A stretch of DNA of 64,000 nucleotides from the IMG/VR virus record IMGVR_UViG_3300017782_000001; one strand, written 5' to 3'. The DNA comes from a virus. The notes under the pieces are model-generated. The model was not told the DNA's origin. It did not search any database and saw only the letters and a list, made by a program, of their open reading frames with translations. Below are positions 16,497-25,564 of this stretch, one piece after another (the first letter of the stretch is position 1; each line of letters starts with the position of its first letter). Made by a program: the position numbers and the translations under genes.

Positions 16497-18246
16497 CGCG
16501 CAGGTTTCAACCGGCACTCCAATATGCTCGACAGATGGAACTACTAATCCTTTGAATAGTAGCGTTAATGGCACGTGTATTGATCCCGTAGATAACACTA
16601 TTAAACCTATTGGCAATCAAGGCGACTTTGGAACAGGTGGTCATAGCACTGGTAATTCTCATAATCAGAAATATGTGTACTCCACACATGATGAGTACAT
16701 TATGCACTTTTCATATACTCCTGACACTTGGATTTCTAACTTTGCTATTAATCAAGCTCTTGCAGGTGCAGGGTTTGATATTACAGGTTATGTAGCAGAA
16801 TGGCAATGGAAAAATGAAAACACTAATACAGTAAACGGTGTTTGTAATGCACAAAAAGTAAATGGTGATTGTTTAGACGATTTGATAATTACAATTGACG
16901 CATATGCAAGTGGCGTTAATATCTATAGCGATGAATGGGATTACAGCCAGTCAAAATCAAATGGCTGGACGCTTGAAGAAGTTGTAAGCTTTACTCCACA
17001 AGCATTAATTCCGGGAACCCATATCGATGAAATAGAAGTTACCATATACGGTGTGGATAACGGGTTCTGGCAAGGTATGTATGGACCTAAGGTAATGAAC
17101 TTTGGTGGTTCATTAATTCTTCAGCCTGATGGGTGTACACTAAATGGTGCTATTTCAGATCCTAGCTGTCCAGGATATGCTGCAGCATTGTTTAACCAAC
17201 AGTGTACTGCTAACCCACTATTTGATCCTAGCTGTAAAGGATACTCAACTGCAAATCAAAATTTAATTTGCAATCAAAATCCTGCAAGTGATCCAAGCTG
17301 CCCAGACTATTATATCGCAAATTGTAATTTAGATGCTTTATACGATCCAGGATGTTCTGGATATGCAGACGCATACTTTGATGAACAGTGTTCTATGGAT
17401 GCGCAATATAGCGATCAATGTATCGGATTTGTCGATTTGTCTATTGACGATGATGCAGTTGAAATATATGACCCAGTAGTAGAAAACGTTTTAGAACAAG
17501 AATATAGTGAACCTATTTACGCTGCAGATATTCCAACCTTTGAATTTGAATACGTAGAAGAAAACGTTCAAGAAGAACCAGATACTGCATCTTATGGTGA
17601 CGAATTTGAAGTATTAGACGATGACATTGAAGCAGAAATTGCTGCTTTAGAAGCTGAAGGCGAAAACGGAGACGGTGAATTAAATTTAGAAGATGACATT
17701 GAAAACGAAATTACACAATTGGAAGAATCAACAAAGGAAGCAGATGCAGAAGATCCTCGTAATGGTGGTAGAGGAAAGAATATGGAGGATGACATTGAAG
17801 CAGAGCTCGCGCAATTGGAGAAAGAGTCGGATACCGAAGAAGGGAAGTCAGAGTCCACGAATGACGATGAATTACAAGTGTCCGATAATACTAATAGGCC
17901 CGACGGAGTGGTCAAACCCAGTGGAAAAAAAGACACACGGAAAGCCATACCTAACAAGACTACTTCAAGGCGGGACAAAATGCGGATGCTCATCGCACAA
18001 AAAGCAATAGAAACTACTAGGGAATTAGAAAACGCTATTAGTTTTGAGCAATCACTGGACATACAACGTAGACTACTTGCATTGATTAGTTATGTTCCAG
18101 ATTTTAAGAATGAATATGGTAAAAAAGAAATCAATCAAGTTAACTTTTATCCACCAAAACCAGTAGTTGATCATGCATATGCCAGATGGTTCTTAAATGA
18201 TCCTACCTTTGGTGCAATGGAAGATTCACAATACAATTTTAATTAG
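16423..18246 (+). CDS. Exported protein with Cys-rich repeats and acidic stalk
   Basis: Signal peptide; five C-x9/10-C-x-(G/D)(Y/F) repeats; three DDIE.E...LE repeats. Confidence 0.8.
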   Translation: MTFKNVMQRLALVSVALLCSYSYSNAQVSTGTPICSTDGTTNPLNSSVNGTCIDPVDNTIKPIGNQGDFGTGGHSTGNSHNQKYVYSTHDEYIMHFSYTPDTWISNFAINQALAGAGFDITGYVAEWQWKNENTNTVNGVCNAQKVNGDCLDDLIITIDAYASGVNIYSDEWDYSQSKSNGWTLEEVVSFTPQALIPGTHIDEIEVTIYGVDNGFWQGMYGPKVMNFGGSLILQPDGCTLNGAISDPSCPGYAAALFNQQCTANPLFDPSCKGYSTANQNLICNQNPASDPSCPDYYIANCNLDALYDPGCSGYADAYFDEQCSMDAQYSDQCIGFVDLSIDDDAVEIYDPVVENVLEQEYSEPIYAADIPTFEFEYVEENVQEEPDTASYGDEFEVLDDDIEAEIAALEAEGENGDGELNLEDDIENEITQLEESTKEADAEDPRNGGRGKNMEDDIEAELAQLEKESDTEEGKSESTNDDELQVSDNTNRPDGVVKPSGKKDTRKAIPNKTTSRRDKMRMLIAQKAIETTRELENAISFEQSLDIQRRLLALISYVPDFKNEYGKKEINQVNFYPPKPVVDHAYARWFLNDPTFGAMEDSQYNFN

Positions 18247-18255
18247 GAGCAAAAC

Positions 18256-18801
18256 ATGGCTGAAATAGAATACGGCGGAATCAAAGTAGGAGGCAGTAAG
18301 CTCCTATTAGTATTGCCACTTATTGGAACATTAGGCGGAGGTCTCTGGGGAGGCTTTGAGTTCTATAAAGATTATACGGATATGAAAGAACAAATCCAAA
18401 ACTACGTAGCACCTGACTTATCAGAGTTTGATAAGAACCTTGCAGTACTACATGAAGAAATGAAAATAACAAGAGAAGAAGTTGTTATTATTCGTGATGC
18501 GATTGGTGAACAGGTAGACTTTATGCGAGATACTAAGCATGACTTACGAGGTGACTTAGTTCGTATGGAAAAAATCTTAGATAAGGTTGAGAATGATATC
18601 GATAAAGTAGAAGATGAAGCTCAAAATCTCATGGACAGAACTAAATCAGACGCAAGAGCTATGATCGAAGATGCTAACAATCGTTTCAACGATAAAGTAT
18701 CTGGCATGGAAGGTTATGTCAAAAGAGAACTAAATTCACTTGAAGAAGATCTTAATAGAAAACTTCAAAAATCTTTAGATAACCCACTCGCCAATAGGTA
18801 A
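18256..18801 (+). CDS. Membrane-anchored coiled-coil protein (i-spanin-like topology)
   Basis: AGGAG RBS; N-terminal TM LLLVLPLIGTLGGGLWGG followed by a heptad-rich region. Confidence 0.7.
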   Translation: MAEIEYGGIKVGGSKLLLVLPLIGTLGGGLWGGFEFYKDYTDMKEQIQNYVAPDLSEFDKNLAVLHEEMKITREEVVIIRDAIGEQVDFMRDTKHDLRGDLVRMEKILDKVENDIDKVEDEAQNLMDRTKSDARAMIEDANNRFNDKVSGMEGYVKRELNSLEEDLNRKLQKSLDNPLANR

Positions 18802-18806
18802 AGACA

Positions 18807-19178
18807 ATGGTAGAAAAAAAATTAGAACCAGGATCTAAATATAACCATTTAGATAAAGATGGTGATGGTATTGTAACTGATGAGGAAATGATGATGGAAG
18901 CAAAAATGATTGAGCTAGAAGATAAACGAAGTGATATGGAAAATGAAGATAAAAAGCAAGACGCACAAAGAAACATGGCGTGGTTTGCTTTATGGGGAAT
19001 GCTACTATATCCTATAGTTGTTGTTTCTGCAACATTGGCTGGTTTAGACAAAGCAGCCTCTATCTTAGGTGATATGGCTGCTGTCTATTTCGTATCAGTT
19101 GCTGCTATCGTGGCAGCATTCTATGGTAAAGAAGCTATAGAAAAAAGAAGTAAACCTGCTCCTCCTAAAAAGTTTTAG
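18807..19178 (+). CDS. EF-hand plus 2-TM membrane protein, possible holin
   Basis: DKDGDGIVTDEE EF-hand loop, two TM helices, basic C-terminal tail. Confidence 0.6.
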   Translation: MVEKKLEPGSKYNHLDKDGDGIVTDEEMMMEAKMIELEDKRSDMENEDKKQDAQRNMAWFALWGMLLYPIVVVSATLAGLDKAASILGDMAAVYFVSVAAIVAAFYGKEAIEKRSKPAPPKKF

Positions 19179-19567
19179 GAAGTAGATCTATCATGCATAG
19201 CTAATGCAATAATTCCATAATGAACAACTTTAAGAAGGTCTGCTCGGTTTAGACCTTCTTTTTTTCCATATCGCTGAGAGTACTTAAGTACATTACCTAA
19301 AGCGAATCCCATACCATGACCACAGTCTTCAATGATCTGTGTAGCTTGATACTTGCCTTGTGAGTAATGAGCATCGTATGTTCCGTCAATATAAGTCTTA
19401 ATTTCTTTTAGAAGATCACCTTCATTAAAAGCGTATTCAGGATCTGGACCTACGAGATTAATAATATAGTCTTGATCAGTCGCAAACTCTTCAGTTGATG
19501 AATCAAAGTTAAATTTGATTTGACGATATTCGTCTTCCACCGCAGCGCCAGTGTATTTAATTGTCAT
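19175..19567 (-). CDS. DUF3310 family protein
   Basis: HYSQG..QA...I....GFALGNVLKY..RYGKK....DLLK..HY. Confidence 0.75.
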   Translation of the reverse strand: MTIKYTGAAVEDEYRQIKFNFDSSTEEFATDQDYIINLVGPDPEYAFNEGDLLKEIKTYIDGTYDAHYSQGKYQATQIIEDCGHGMGFALGNVLKYSQRYGKKEGLNRADLLKVVHYGIIALAMHDRSTS

Positions 19568-20222
19568 TCGTGTACTCCATAATATTAGGGAAAATTTTAC
19601 TAATTGCTTCTGCGCAAGCTATAGCCAATTCAATGTGTTCTTTTTGAGTTCCATTAGCAGAACGCAAATCAATGTAATGAATCCAGCTTCGCAGAGTTCC
19701 ATTAACATACATGCGAGACATGGTACAACCTTCTGGTAATACCGCTCTTGCTTGTTCTTTTGCAATGCCATTATCAATTGCCCATTTATAAACTTCAAGA
19801 GATTTACTAATAACCTCCTGCTGATGAATATCCCACTGGTCTTGGATATGTAACGGTGCTGCATCAATCGAGTTCTGACGATTCTTTGGATCTTGCAATC
19901 GAGCTCCACGTTTAACAAATAAAAGATCCTGTGTAGGATCAGCATATCGCTGGCTAAACTCTTGAAATGAGAATGAACGGTGACGTAAGAGTTGACGACC
20001 AATATCTCGTGTAGTTTCAATCTCTAGGCAAGCAGACACCATTTCGAAAGGCGACCAATGTTTGTGTTGTGCAAGATAATGTAGCAATTTTGTCGACGTT
20101 TCCTCGTTAATTTGGTTTGAGGGATTCGAGACACGGGCGCAATAAGCGATAAGTTCTTGGACATCGTTACCGACATGTAAATTCTCCGTTGTTTGCGAGT
20201 AGCTAATTAATCTAGCGTTCAT
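19557..20222 (-). CDS. thyX: Flavin-dependent thymidylate synthase
   Basis: HWSPFE and RHRSFSFQEFSQRY signature; start adjusted to MNARL. Confidence 0.95.
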   Translation of the reverse strand: MNARLISYSQTTENLHVGNDVQELIAYCARVSNPSNQINEETSTKLLHYLAQHKHWSPFEMVSACLEIETTRDIGRQLLRHRSFSFQEFSQRYADPTQDLLFVKRGARLQDPKNRQNSIDAAPLHIQDQWDIHQQEVISKSLEVYKWAIDNGIAKEQARAVLPEGCTMSRMYVNGTLRSWIHYIDLRSANGTQKEHIELAIACAEAISKIFPNIMEYTNDN

Positions 20223-21135
20223 AGTGAGACCTTTTATAATATTCATCTAAGTTTTCTATTTTATTGTAATGATCAAGTGCTTTTTCGAAAATTAGCCTTT
20301 GACCTTTTTTATCCGGATGAGGATCAAATAAATCAGGATGATGTTTAGTTTTTGTTGTAACCATTATGTTTTCATGGTATCCTAAAACATTCACATTTTT
20401 TCTAAAGCCATTTTTAATATCATCTTTATAAAACTCGTGAAGTTTATTTGGTGTAAGTCTACGAGGTACATACGAAAACATACCATTAAAGTCATACGTT
20501 GTAGAACATAATATATTTTTATTTATGTATTTAATATTAGATTTTTTTTCTACATATGGTTTTAAGAATTGATTTGAAAATCTTTTGCCAATATAGTTAT
20601 ATCTAAAATATCCATTAAACTCTGGCACTAGTTGCATAATAATTAATTTAATATTTCGTCTATCACAAACATCGTGTAAAGCTAAAATGTAAGATACAGT
20701 TTCATCAATAAAATATGGAATATTGTAATGGTCAATATAAGAATATCCTGCTAAGTCATCTATTTTCAATTCTTCAATATTTTTCCCTACTTCAGCAAGA
20801 TACCTGCCATCAAAATTATCTGGTAATTGATGGTGAGTTGCTACGTTCATAAATTTAAGAGTTTTGCCGGCAGTATTACTGATACTGTCTTCTCTCATAT
20901 ATTTCTTTTTAACAAACTCAAATCTATCCCACCCAGTTAATCCTAAAACAACAGTGTCAATTTCAGGATTTTTCTGTAACTCAGACATAGTAATTCTAAA
21001 AATATACTTATTACCTACACCTTCCATACCTTTATTGATGAGAGGTTTATTTAATTCTTTTGACAAGTGTTCTGGCCAAGGAACATCTCCTTCGTACCTT
21101 TTACACGTAAAACTGCAGCCAACTGCTAACAACAT
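20212..21135 (-). CDS. SGNH/GDSL-like hypothetical protein
   Basis: N-terminal GCSFT, W...LS..L....INKG..GVGN, C-terminal DPHP. Confidence 0.55.
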   Translation of the reverse strand: MLLAVGCSFTCKRYEGDVPWPEHLSKELNKPLINKGMEGVGNKYIFRITMSELQKNPEIDTVVLGLTGWDRFEFVKKKYMREDSISNTAGKTLKFMNVATHHQLPDNFDGRYLAEVGKNIEELKIDDLAGYSYIDHYNIPYFIDETVSYILALHDVCDRRNIKLIIMQLVPEFNGYFRYNYIGKRFSNQFLKPYVEKKSNIKYINKNILCSTTYDFNGMFSYVPRRLTPNKLHEFYKDDIKNGFRKNVNVLGYHENIMVTTKTKHHPDLFDPHPDKKGQRLIFEKALDHYNKIENLDEYYKRSHYER

Positions 21136-21233
21136 TAGTCATCATCCGATTCATAAATAAAATCATGAACTTTGTTTTTATTTCTAAAAATATACCACCG
21201 GGTTTTAATAGTTAGCCACAATTTTTTGATCAC
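21135..21233 (-). CDS. Small hypothetical protein (32 aa)
   Basis: GTG overlapping the gp41 stop; VIKKLWLTIKTRWYIFRNKNKVHDFIYESDDD*; fills the gap exactly. Confidence 0.4.
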   Translation of the reverse strand: MIKKLWLTIKTRWYIFRNKNKVHDFIYESDDD

Positions 21234-22603
21234 AGCTTAAACCCTTGAAATTTTTCTGCACTAACACGTTCAGCAGTAGCAGATTTATCAAACACCGGTG
21301 TATCGTCCATTAGTGTTTGCTCACCTTCTTCAACATCATACAATCTCATTTTAGCTCGATCTACTCCAATTACAAACCGCTTGTATTTTGTTGGATCATT
21401 ATATCTATTCTTAAGCTGTTTGACCATGAGTTGACCTTGTTGCTCCAACTCTTCAGTTGAAATAATAGCAAACATTAGATCGGCCGTTGCGGGTAATCCA
21501 AAAGACTCACTTGTATCTTCAAGCCCAACATCCGAGTTACTAAAACCAGAACGAGTCGTTTGCGTTGCAGAGAAGACCGGTACGTTGAACTCGACCGCAA
21601 GGCCACGTAACTCTTCAGCAACTGCTTTAATGTAGGTGTATGAATTGATCGATCCTCCCATGCCTTTCATTCTAGAACTTGAACAAATATTTAGATAATC
21701 AATAAAGATAATATCAGGTTCAAATGCACGCTTTAGCTTAAGCTCATTTAATAGCGCGCGGAAATGGCCAGCATGAGCTGAGCCAGTAGGATATTCTTTA
21801 ACAATTAACTTACCATTTGTTTTAGTTGATAGGTCTGCCACTTTAGTAGAAAACTGATCCTTAGTCATTTTATCTAGCTGATCAATTGGAACGTTAAGTA
21901 AATTAGCATCAATACGTTCAGCAATTCTTTCTTCAGCCATTTCCATCGTAATATAAAGAACATTACGACCTTCTACCAAAGCGCCACTAGCAACATGACA
22001 CATGAATAAAGACTTGCCAACACCAGTACCTGCAAGGGCAATGTTAAGTGTTTTATTTGGTACACCACCTTTTGTAATTTTATTGAGATATTCAAGATCA
22101 AACGGTATGCGATCTTCTTCTTTGTTATAAAATTCCCAACGTTCTTCAGCTTGTTCAACATAGTCGTGACCTACATTTGTATCAAAGGCAACACCAAGTG
22201 CTTTAGTAAGTAAATCTGGTAATGATCCTTTTGTTAATGATTCGTGTTTTCCATCGATGATAGAAATTGATTCCATGATTGCTATATGCAATGCACGATC
22301 TTGACACCATTTTTCTGTTGAATCAATTAGCCATGTTTCATCAACTGTGTCACCATCAAACAAGGTTTGAGCAACATCCATAGCCATGGAATATTGCTCA
22401 CCTTGAATGTCTGACTCAGTAATTTCAACTAAGAAACTTTCTCGTGTTGGAAGCTTATTATACTTTGCAACATACTTTCCAGCTTCTTTGAACAGATTTC
22501 TATACGGCCCCTCAAAATAATCAGGTTTAACGAAAGGCAATACTTTACGCATATACTTTTCATCGGTCAATAGGTTTCGTAATATGGTCTGTTCTATTTT
22601 CAA
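21230..22603 (-). CDS. gp41: Replicative DNA helicase
   Basis: LAGTGVGKSL Walker A, ITMEMAEE, DYLNI, SESFGLPATAD, KNRY. Confidence 0.95.
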   Translation of the reverse strand: MKIEQTILRNLLTDEKYMRKVLPFVKPDYFEGPYRNLFKEAGKYVAKYNKLPTRESFLVEITESDIQGEQYSMAMDVAQTLFDGDTVDETWLIDSTEKWCQDRALHIAIMESISIIDGKHESLTKGSLPDLLTKALGVAFDTNVGHDYVEQAEERWEFYNKEEDRIPFDLEYLNKITKGGVPNKTLNIALAGTGVGKSLFMCHVASGALVEGRNVLYITMEMAEERIAERIDANLLNVPIDQLDKMTKDQFSTKVADLSTKTNGKLIVKEYPTGSAHAGHFRALLNELKLKRAFEPDIIFIDYLNICSSSRMKGMGGSINSYTYIKAVAEELRGLAVEFNVPVFSATQTTRSGFSNSDVGLEDTSESFGLPATADLMFAIISTEELEQQGQLMVKQLKNRYNDPTKYKRFVIGVDRAKMRLYDVEEGEQTLMDDTPVFDKSATAERVSAEKFQGFKL

Positions 22604-23031
22604 TCGAGTAATCCTTTTGCTCGTAAATCTGCACGAATTTTAGTAGCAGAAATGTTATGAATTTCATTGCCAAGATCATGTTCAGTAAAGGTGTAACCAA
22701 CTCCACGTCCATAACTAATATCAACAATGTTTGGTACTACCATTATAACATAATCGTCACCACAAGTAAACCCCTCTTCTCCAAGATTTTTTACAATATT
22801 ATCTTGAACTTGAAGAATATCAAAAGGATTATCATCTTGCCCAGGCACACGAGAATTAGCTTCACGTTTTTCTGGTACTTGCCTAATCATAATACAAACT
22901 TGGCCAGTTATAGCAAAACATCTTTTGAATAATTCTGTATGACCAGCGTGCCAAGGTTGCCATCTACCAAGCATTTGTACTGTAGGATTTAATTTATCAA
23001 ATCTACCATTTGAGTTAACATATTCTGACAT
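22600..23031 (-). CDS. HxGH nucleotidyltransferase (cytidyltransferase-like)
   Basis: GRWQPWHAGH and ISATKIR. Confidence 0.8.
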   Translation of the reverse strand: MSEYVNSNGRFDKLNPTVQMLGRWQPWHAGHTELFKRCFAITGQVCIMIRQVPEKREANSRVPGQDDNPFDILQVQDNIVKNLGEEGFTCGDDYVIMVVPNIVDISYGRGVGYTFTEHDLGNEIHNISATKIRADLRAKGLLD

Positions 23032-23034
23032 ATT

Positions 23035-23535
23035 CTACTCCTTATTTTTAAGAAAGTTAGGAACAAAATCGCTATCACCAAATACTTGTGCTAAGCCACT
23101 ATCGTTGTACTGAGGAATTTCAATATTCTTTGCAAACTCTTCTATTTCTTTATCAGACATATAAGAAGTTACTTCATAATAAGCTCCTGCTTCAGTACCA
23201 TTTGGTTTTTCAAACATTTTATTTGTGTCGTCATACCTACCTTCATCAAGAGTGTTTACCCAGATTAAAACATCAGCATCAAAAATATTACGTGTTTCTA
23301 CTAAGGGGCAAACAAAGTCACATATAACTGTACGTTCTTCTCCGTCTTCAAAGTCTGCAATGTTACGCATTCTTTCTGCTTGGCGCAGTCTTGCTTGAGG
23401 ACTAAAGTCCCAATCGTTAGCCATACCTCTAACTTTATCTGCGTTATACCACGCACATTCGGGTAAAGCTTTTTGCAGTCTTTCGCTTAGCCAAGTTTTA
23501 CCAGCACCCGGCAAGCCCATTACTAGAATTTTCAT
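23035..23535 (-). CDS. cysC: Adenylylsulfate kinase-like P-loop kinase
   Basis: MGLPGAGKT, NADKVR, DFS...RLRQ..R, FVCP....R, FEKP. Confidence 0.75.
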   Translation of the reverse strand: MKILVMGLPGAGKTWLSERLQKALPECAWYNADKVRGMANDWDFSPQARLRQAERMRNIADFEDGEERTVICDFVCPLVETRNIFDADVLIWVNTLDEGRYDDTNKMFEKPNGTEAGAYYEVTSYMSDKEIEEFAKNIEIPQYNDSGLAQVFGDSDFVPNFLKNKE

Positions 23536-23846
23536 TTTCTCTCCGTTAAAATTACTTCGTCTTTTGTTAAAGCGTTTTCCAAAATATCATGTAGAATAGA
23601 TCCACACTCATCTTGAAAAGGAACGTAGTCAGGAGTTAAATCTTTATCCGGACTACTTGCGATTGTAAAGTTAAAGTGCAATGCACCTTCTTTACCATCA
23701 ACAGAAATGTTGCCATATCTAACAACTGTTTCTGAAAATTCTCCAGTTAGAATACGAATATCCCATGCTTGTTCTGCATCCGGTAATTCAGATGCAGGAA
23801 TGATTTCGTAATCAAGGCCTTCTGATTTTTTATCTAAATTAATCAT
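23532..23846 (-). CDS. Hypothetical protein, possibly gp40-like head assembly chaperone
   Basis: Sits between uvsX and gp41, as gp40 does in T4; similar size. Confidence 0.45.
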   Translation of the reverse strand: MINLDKKSEGLDYEIIPASELPDAEQAWDIRILTGEFSETVVRYGNISVDGKEGALHFNFTIASSPDKDLTPDYVPFQDECGSILHDILENALTKDEVILTERK

Positions 23847-24894
23847 TTGCTTCTTCTACAATTTCATCCATAGAAACAATTGATTCTGAACCAATTGCAT
23901 ATTGTTTATTTACAAAATCTTTGAAGTCAGTTTCTTCTAAAATTGGTTTCCAAAATTCTGCTTTTAGAGTATCTTTTTCTCTGACCTTGGCATCCATAAG
24001 CTCGCCAGTGCTACGGTCAACGTGACAGTACCAACCATTAGAAGGCTTAGCAACATAGTTACCAGCAAGACCAACGGCGAGCAAACCACTATAAGGCTCA
24101 ACCCCACCTTCCCAAGAAACTGAGATAGGAATTTTTGATTTTTCTTTAACATAACGGCTTTTCTCCACATTAATTACGAAGTGATAGCCTTTAATTTCTG
24201 TACCTACTTTATTTTGTTGGCGACCAAGAATCCAAATATTATCGGCTGAATAATATATGCCAGTACCACCAGAAACAATTGCTTTAGGGAACAAACCAAT
24301 TTCTTGATATGTATGATTAACGGCTAGTAATGGAATATTTTTCATATTAAGATATGGTGTACACATACGAAACAAACCTTTAAGGGCTTTAGCACGTGTC
24401 ATATCTGCTACTGATTTTTCATTTAGTGCATCTTCCATTTCTTTTTTAGATGCTAGGTTACCAATTGAATCAATAACAACAATAACCTTATCGCTTCTGT
24501 CAATATTTTCGAGCTGATGTATTAAATCAAACTTCAGTTCTTCCACATTTGTAATTGGAGTATGTAGTACACGATTGGTATCAATACCAAATTGAGTAAA
24601 GTAACTCTGAGGACTACCAAACTCAGAATCATAAAAAAGCATAACAGCATCTTTATGTTGCTTTAGATATGCTCCAGCCATAAGCAAAGCAAATGACGTT
24701 TTGAAATGTTTAGATGGACCGGCAAGTACAGTAAGTCCTGGAGCTAAACCTCCATCAATAGAACCAGACAAAGCAACGTTAACCATAGGTACGTCTGTTG
24801 GTGTCATATCTTTTTCAGTAAAAAATTTAGATTCAGCCAAAATTTCTGTATGACCAAGTCGTGAGTTTTTCTTAAGCTTGTCCATTACTGACAT
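23839..24894 (-). CDS. uvsX: RecA-like recombinase
   Basis: AGPSKHFKT, FYDSEFG, DSIGNLASKKE, VSGGTG. Confidence 0.95.
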   Translation of the reverse strand: MSVMDKLKKNSRLGHTEILAESKFFTEKDMTPTDVPMVNVALSGSIDGGLAPGLTVLAGPSKHFKTSFALLMAGAYLKQHKDAVMLFYDSEFGSPQSYFTQFGIDTNRVLHTPITNVEELKFDLIHQLENIDRSDKVIVVIDSIGNLASKKEMEDALNEKSVADMTRAKALKGLFRMCTPYLNMKNIPLLAVNHTYQEIGLFPKAIVSGGTGIYYSADNIWILGRQQNKVGTEIKGYHFVINVEKSRYVKEKSKIPISVSWEGGVEPYSGLLAVGLAGNYVAKPSNGWYCHVDRSTGELMDAKVREKDTLKAEFWKPILEETDFKDFVNKQYAIGSESIVSMDEIVEEAND

Positions 24895-24925
24895 GCATAT
24901 CTCCTATTAATCGATTGTAAGTATT

Positions 24926-24954
24926 ATTATACCATAGTTTTGCTGGTATGTACA
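24926..24954 (-). promoter_or_regulatory. Early promoter, near-identical to 41564-41592
   Basis: TGTACA-N17-TATAAT. Confidence 0.8.
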
Positions 24955-24963
24955 CCATTAAAT

Positions 24964-25563
24964 TTATTTTCTAACATACGCATCTATGCCATAAGCCATT
25001 ACAATATTACTATTATGGCGTTCCATATAGTCCACCTGGTCCATTGTAATCTCGCCTTTGTCTAGCTTTGCTTTAATACCTTTATCCAAATATCGATGCC
25101 ACTTCATTGGTACGATATTAATGTTATGAATCATTGCTAGTGGTGTATTTCCTTGATTAAGTCTTGACATTTCTATACAGGTATCTCTATGAAACATGTT
25201 AAATGTTTCTGCCATAATAGGTAACTTATGAGAAGGGTCTTCCCAATAATGATCATGTCTTACATGTGGTATTTCTATTTTAACAAAGCATCCATCTTTA
25301 CCACACCTATATATTTCTTTCATACATTCAATAAATTGTTCGTAATCAAGATGTTCTAAAATATGATAAGCATGAATTTCATCAAAGTAATCATCAGGGA
25401 AATCCCATTGCTGTGAAATGTCCATAACCTTATCAGGGTTACACGTAGAAGTGATGTCTACGTTTATCATTCCTTTGATTTTTTGAGTGCTACACCCTAA
25501 ATTAATTTTAACTAATTCAGGTGGTTTATCATTTAGCCACATTTCATGCCTCCATTCTGCCAT
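24964..25563 (-). CDS. Class I SAM-dependent methyltransferase (Methyltransf_11-like)
   Basis: INLGCS, NVDI, FDEIHAYHILEHL, EIYRCGKDG. Confidence 0.8.
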   Translation of the reverse strand: MAEWRHEMWLNDKPPELVKINLGCSTQKIKGMINVDITSTCNPDKVMDISQQWDFPDDYFDEIHAYHILEHLDYEQFIECMKEIYRCGKDGCFVKIEIPHVRHDHYWEDPSHKLPIMAETFNMFHRDTCIEMSRLNQGNTPLAMIHNINIVPMKWHRYLDKGIKAKLDKGEITMDQVDYMERHNSNIVMAYGIDAYVRK

Positions 25564-25564
25564 A

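Noticed and set aside
17592-18062. 156-aa antisense ORF, and similar Ser-rich shadows at 50067-50528 and 51476-51724
   Set aside because: Mirror of acidic GAA/GAT-rich sense genes; no RBS or motifs
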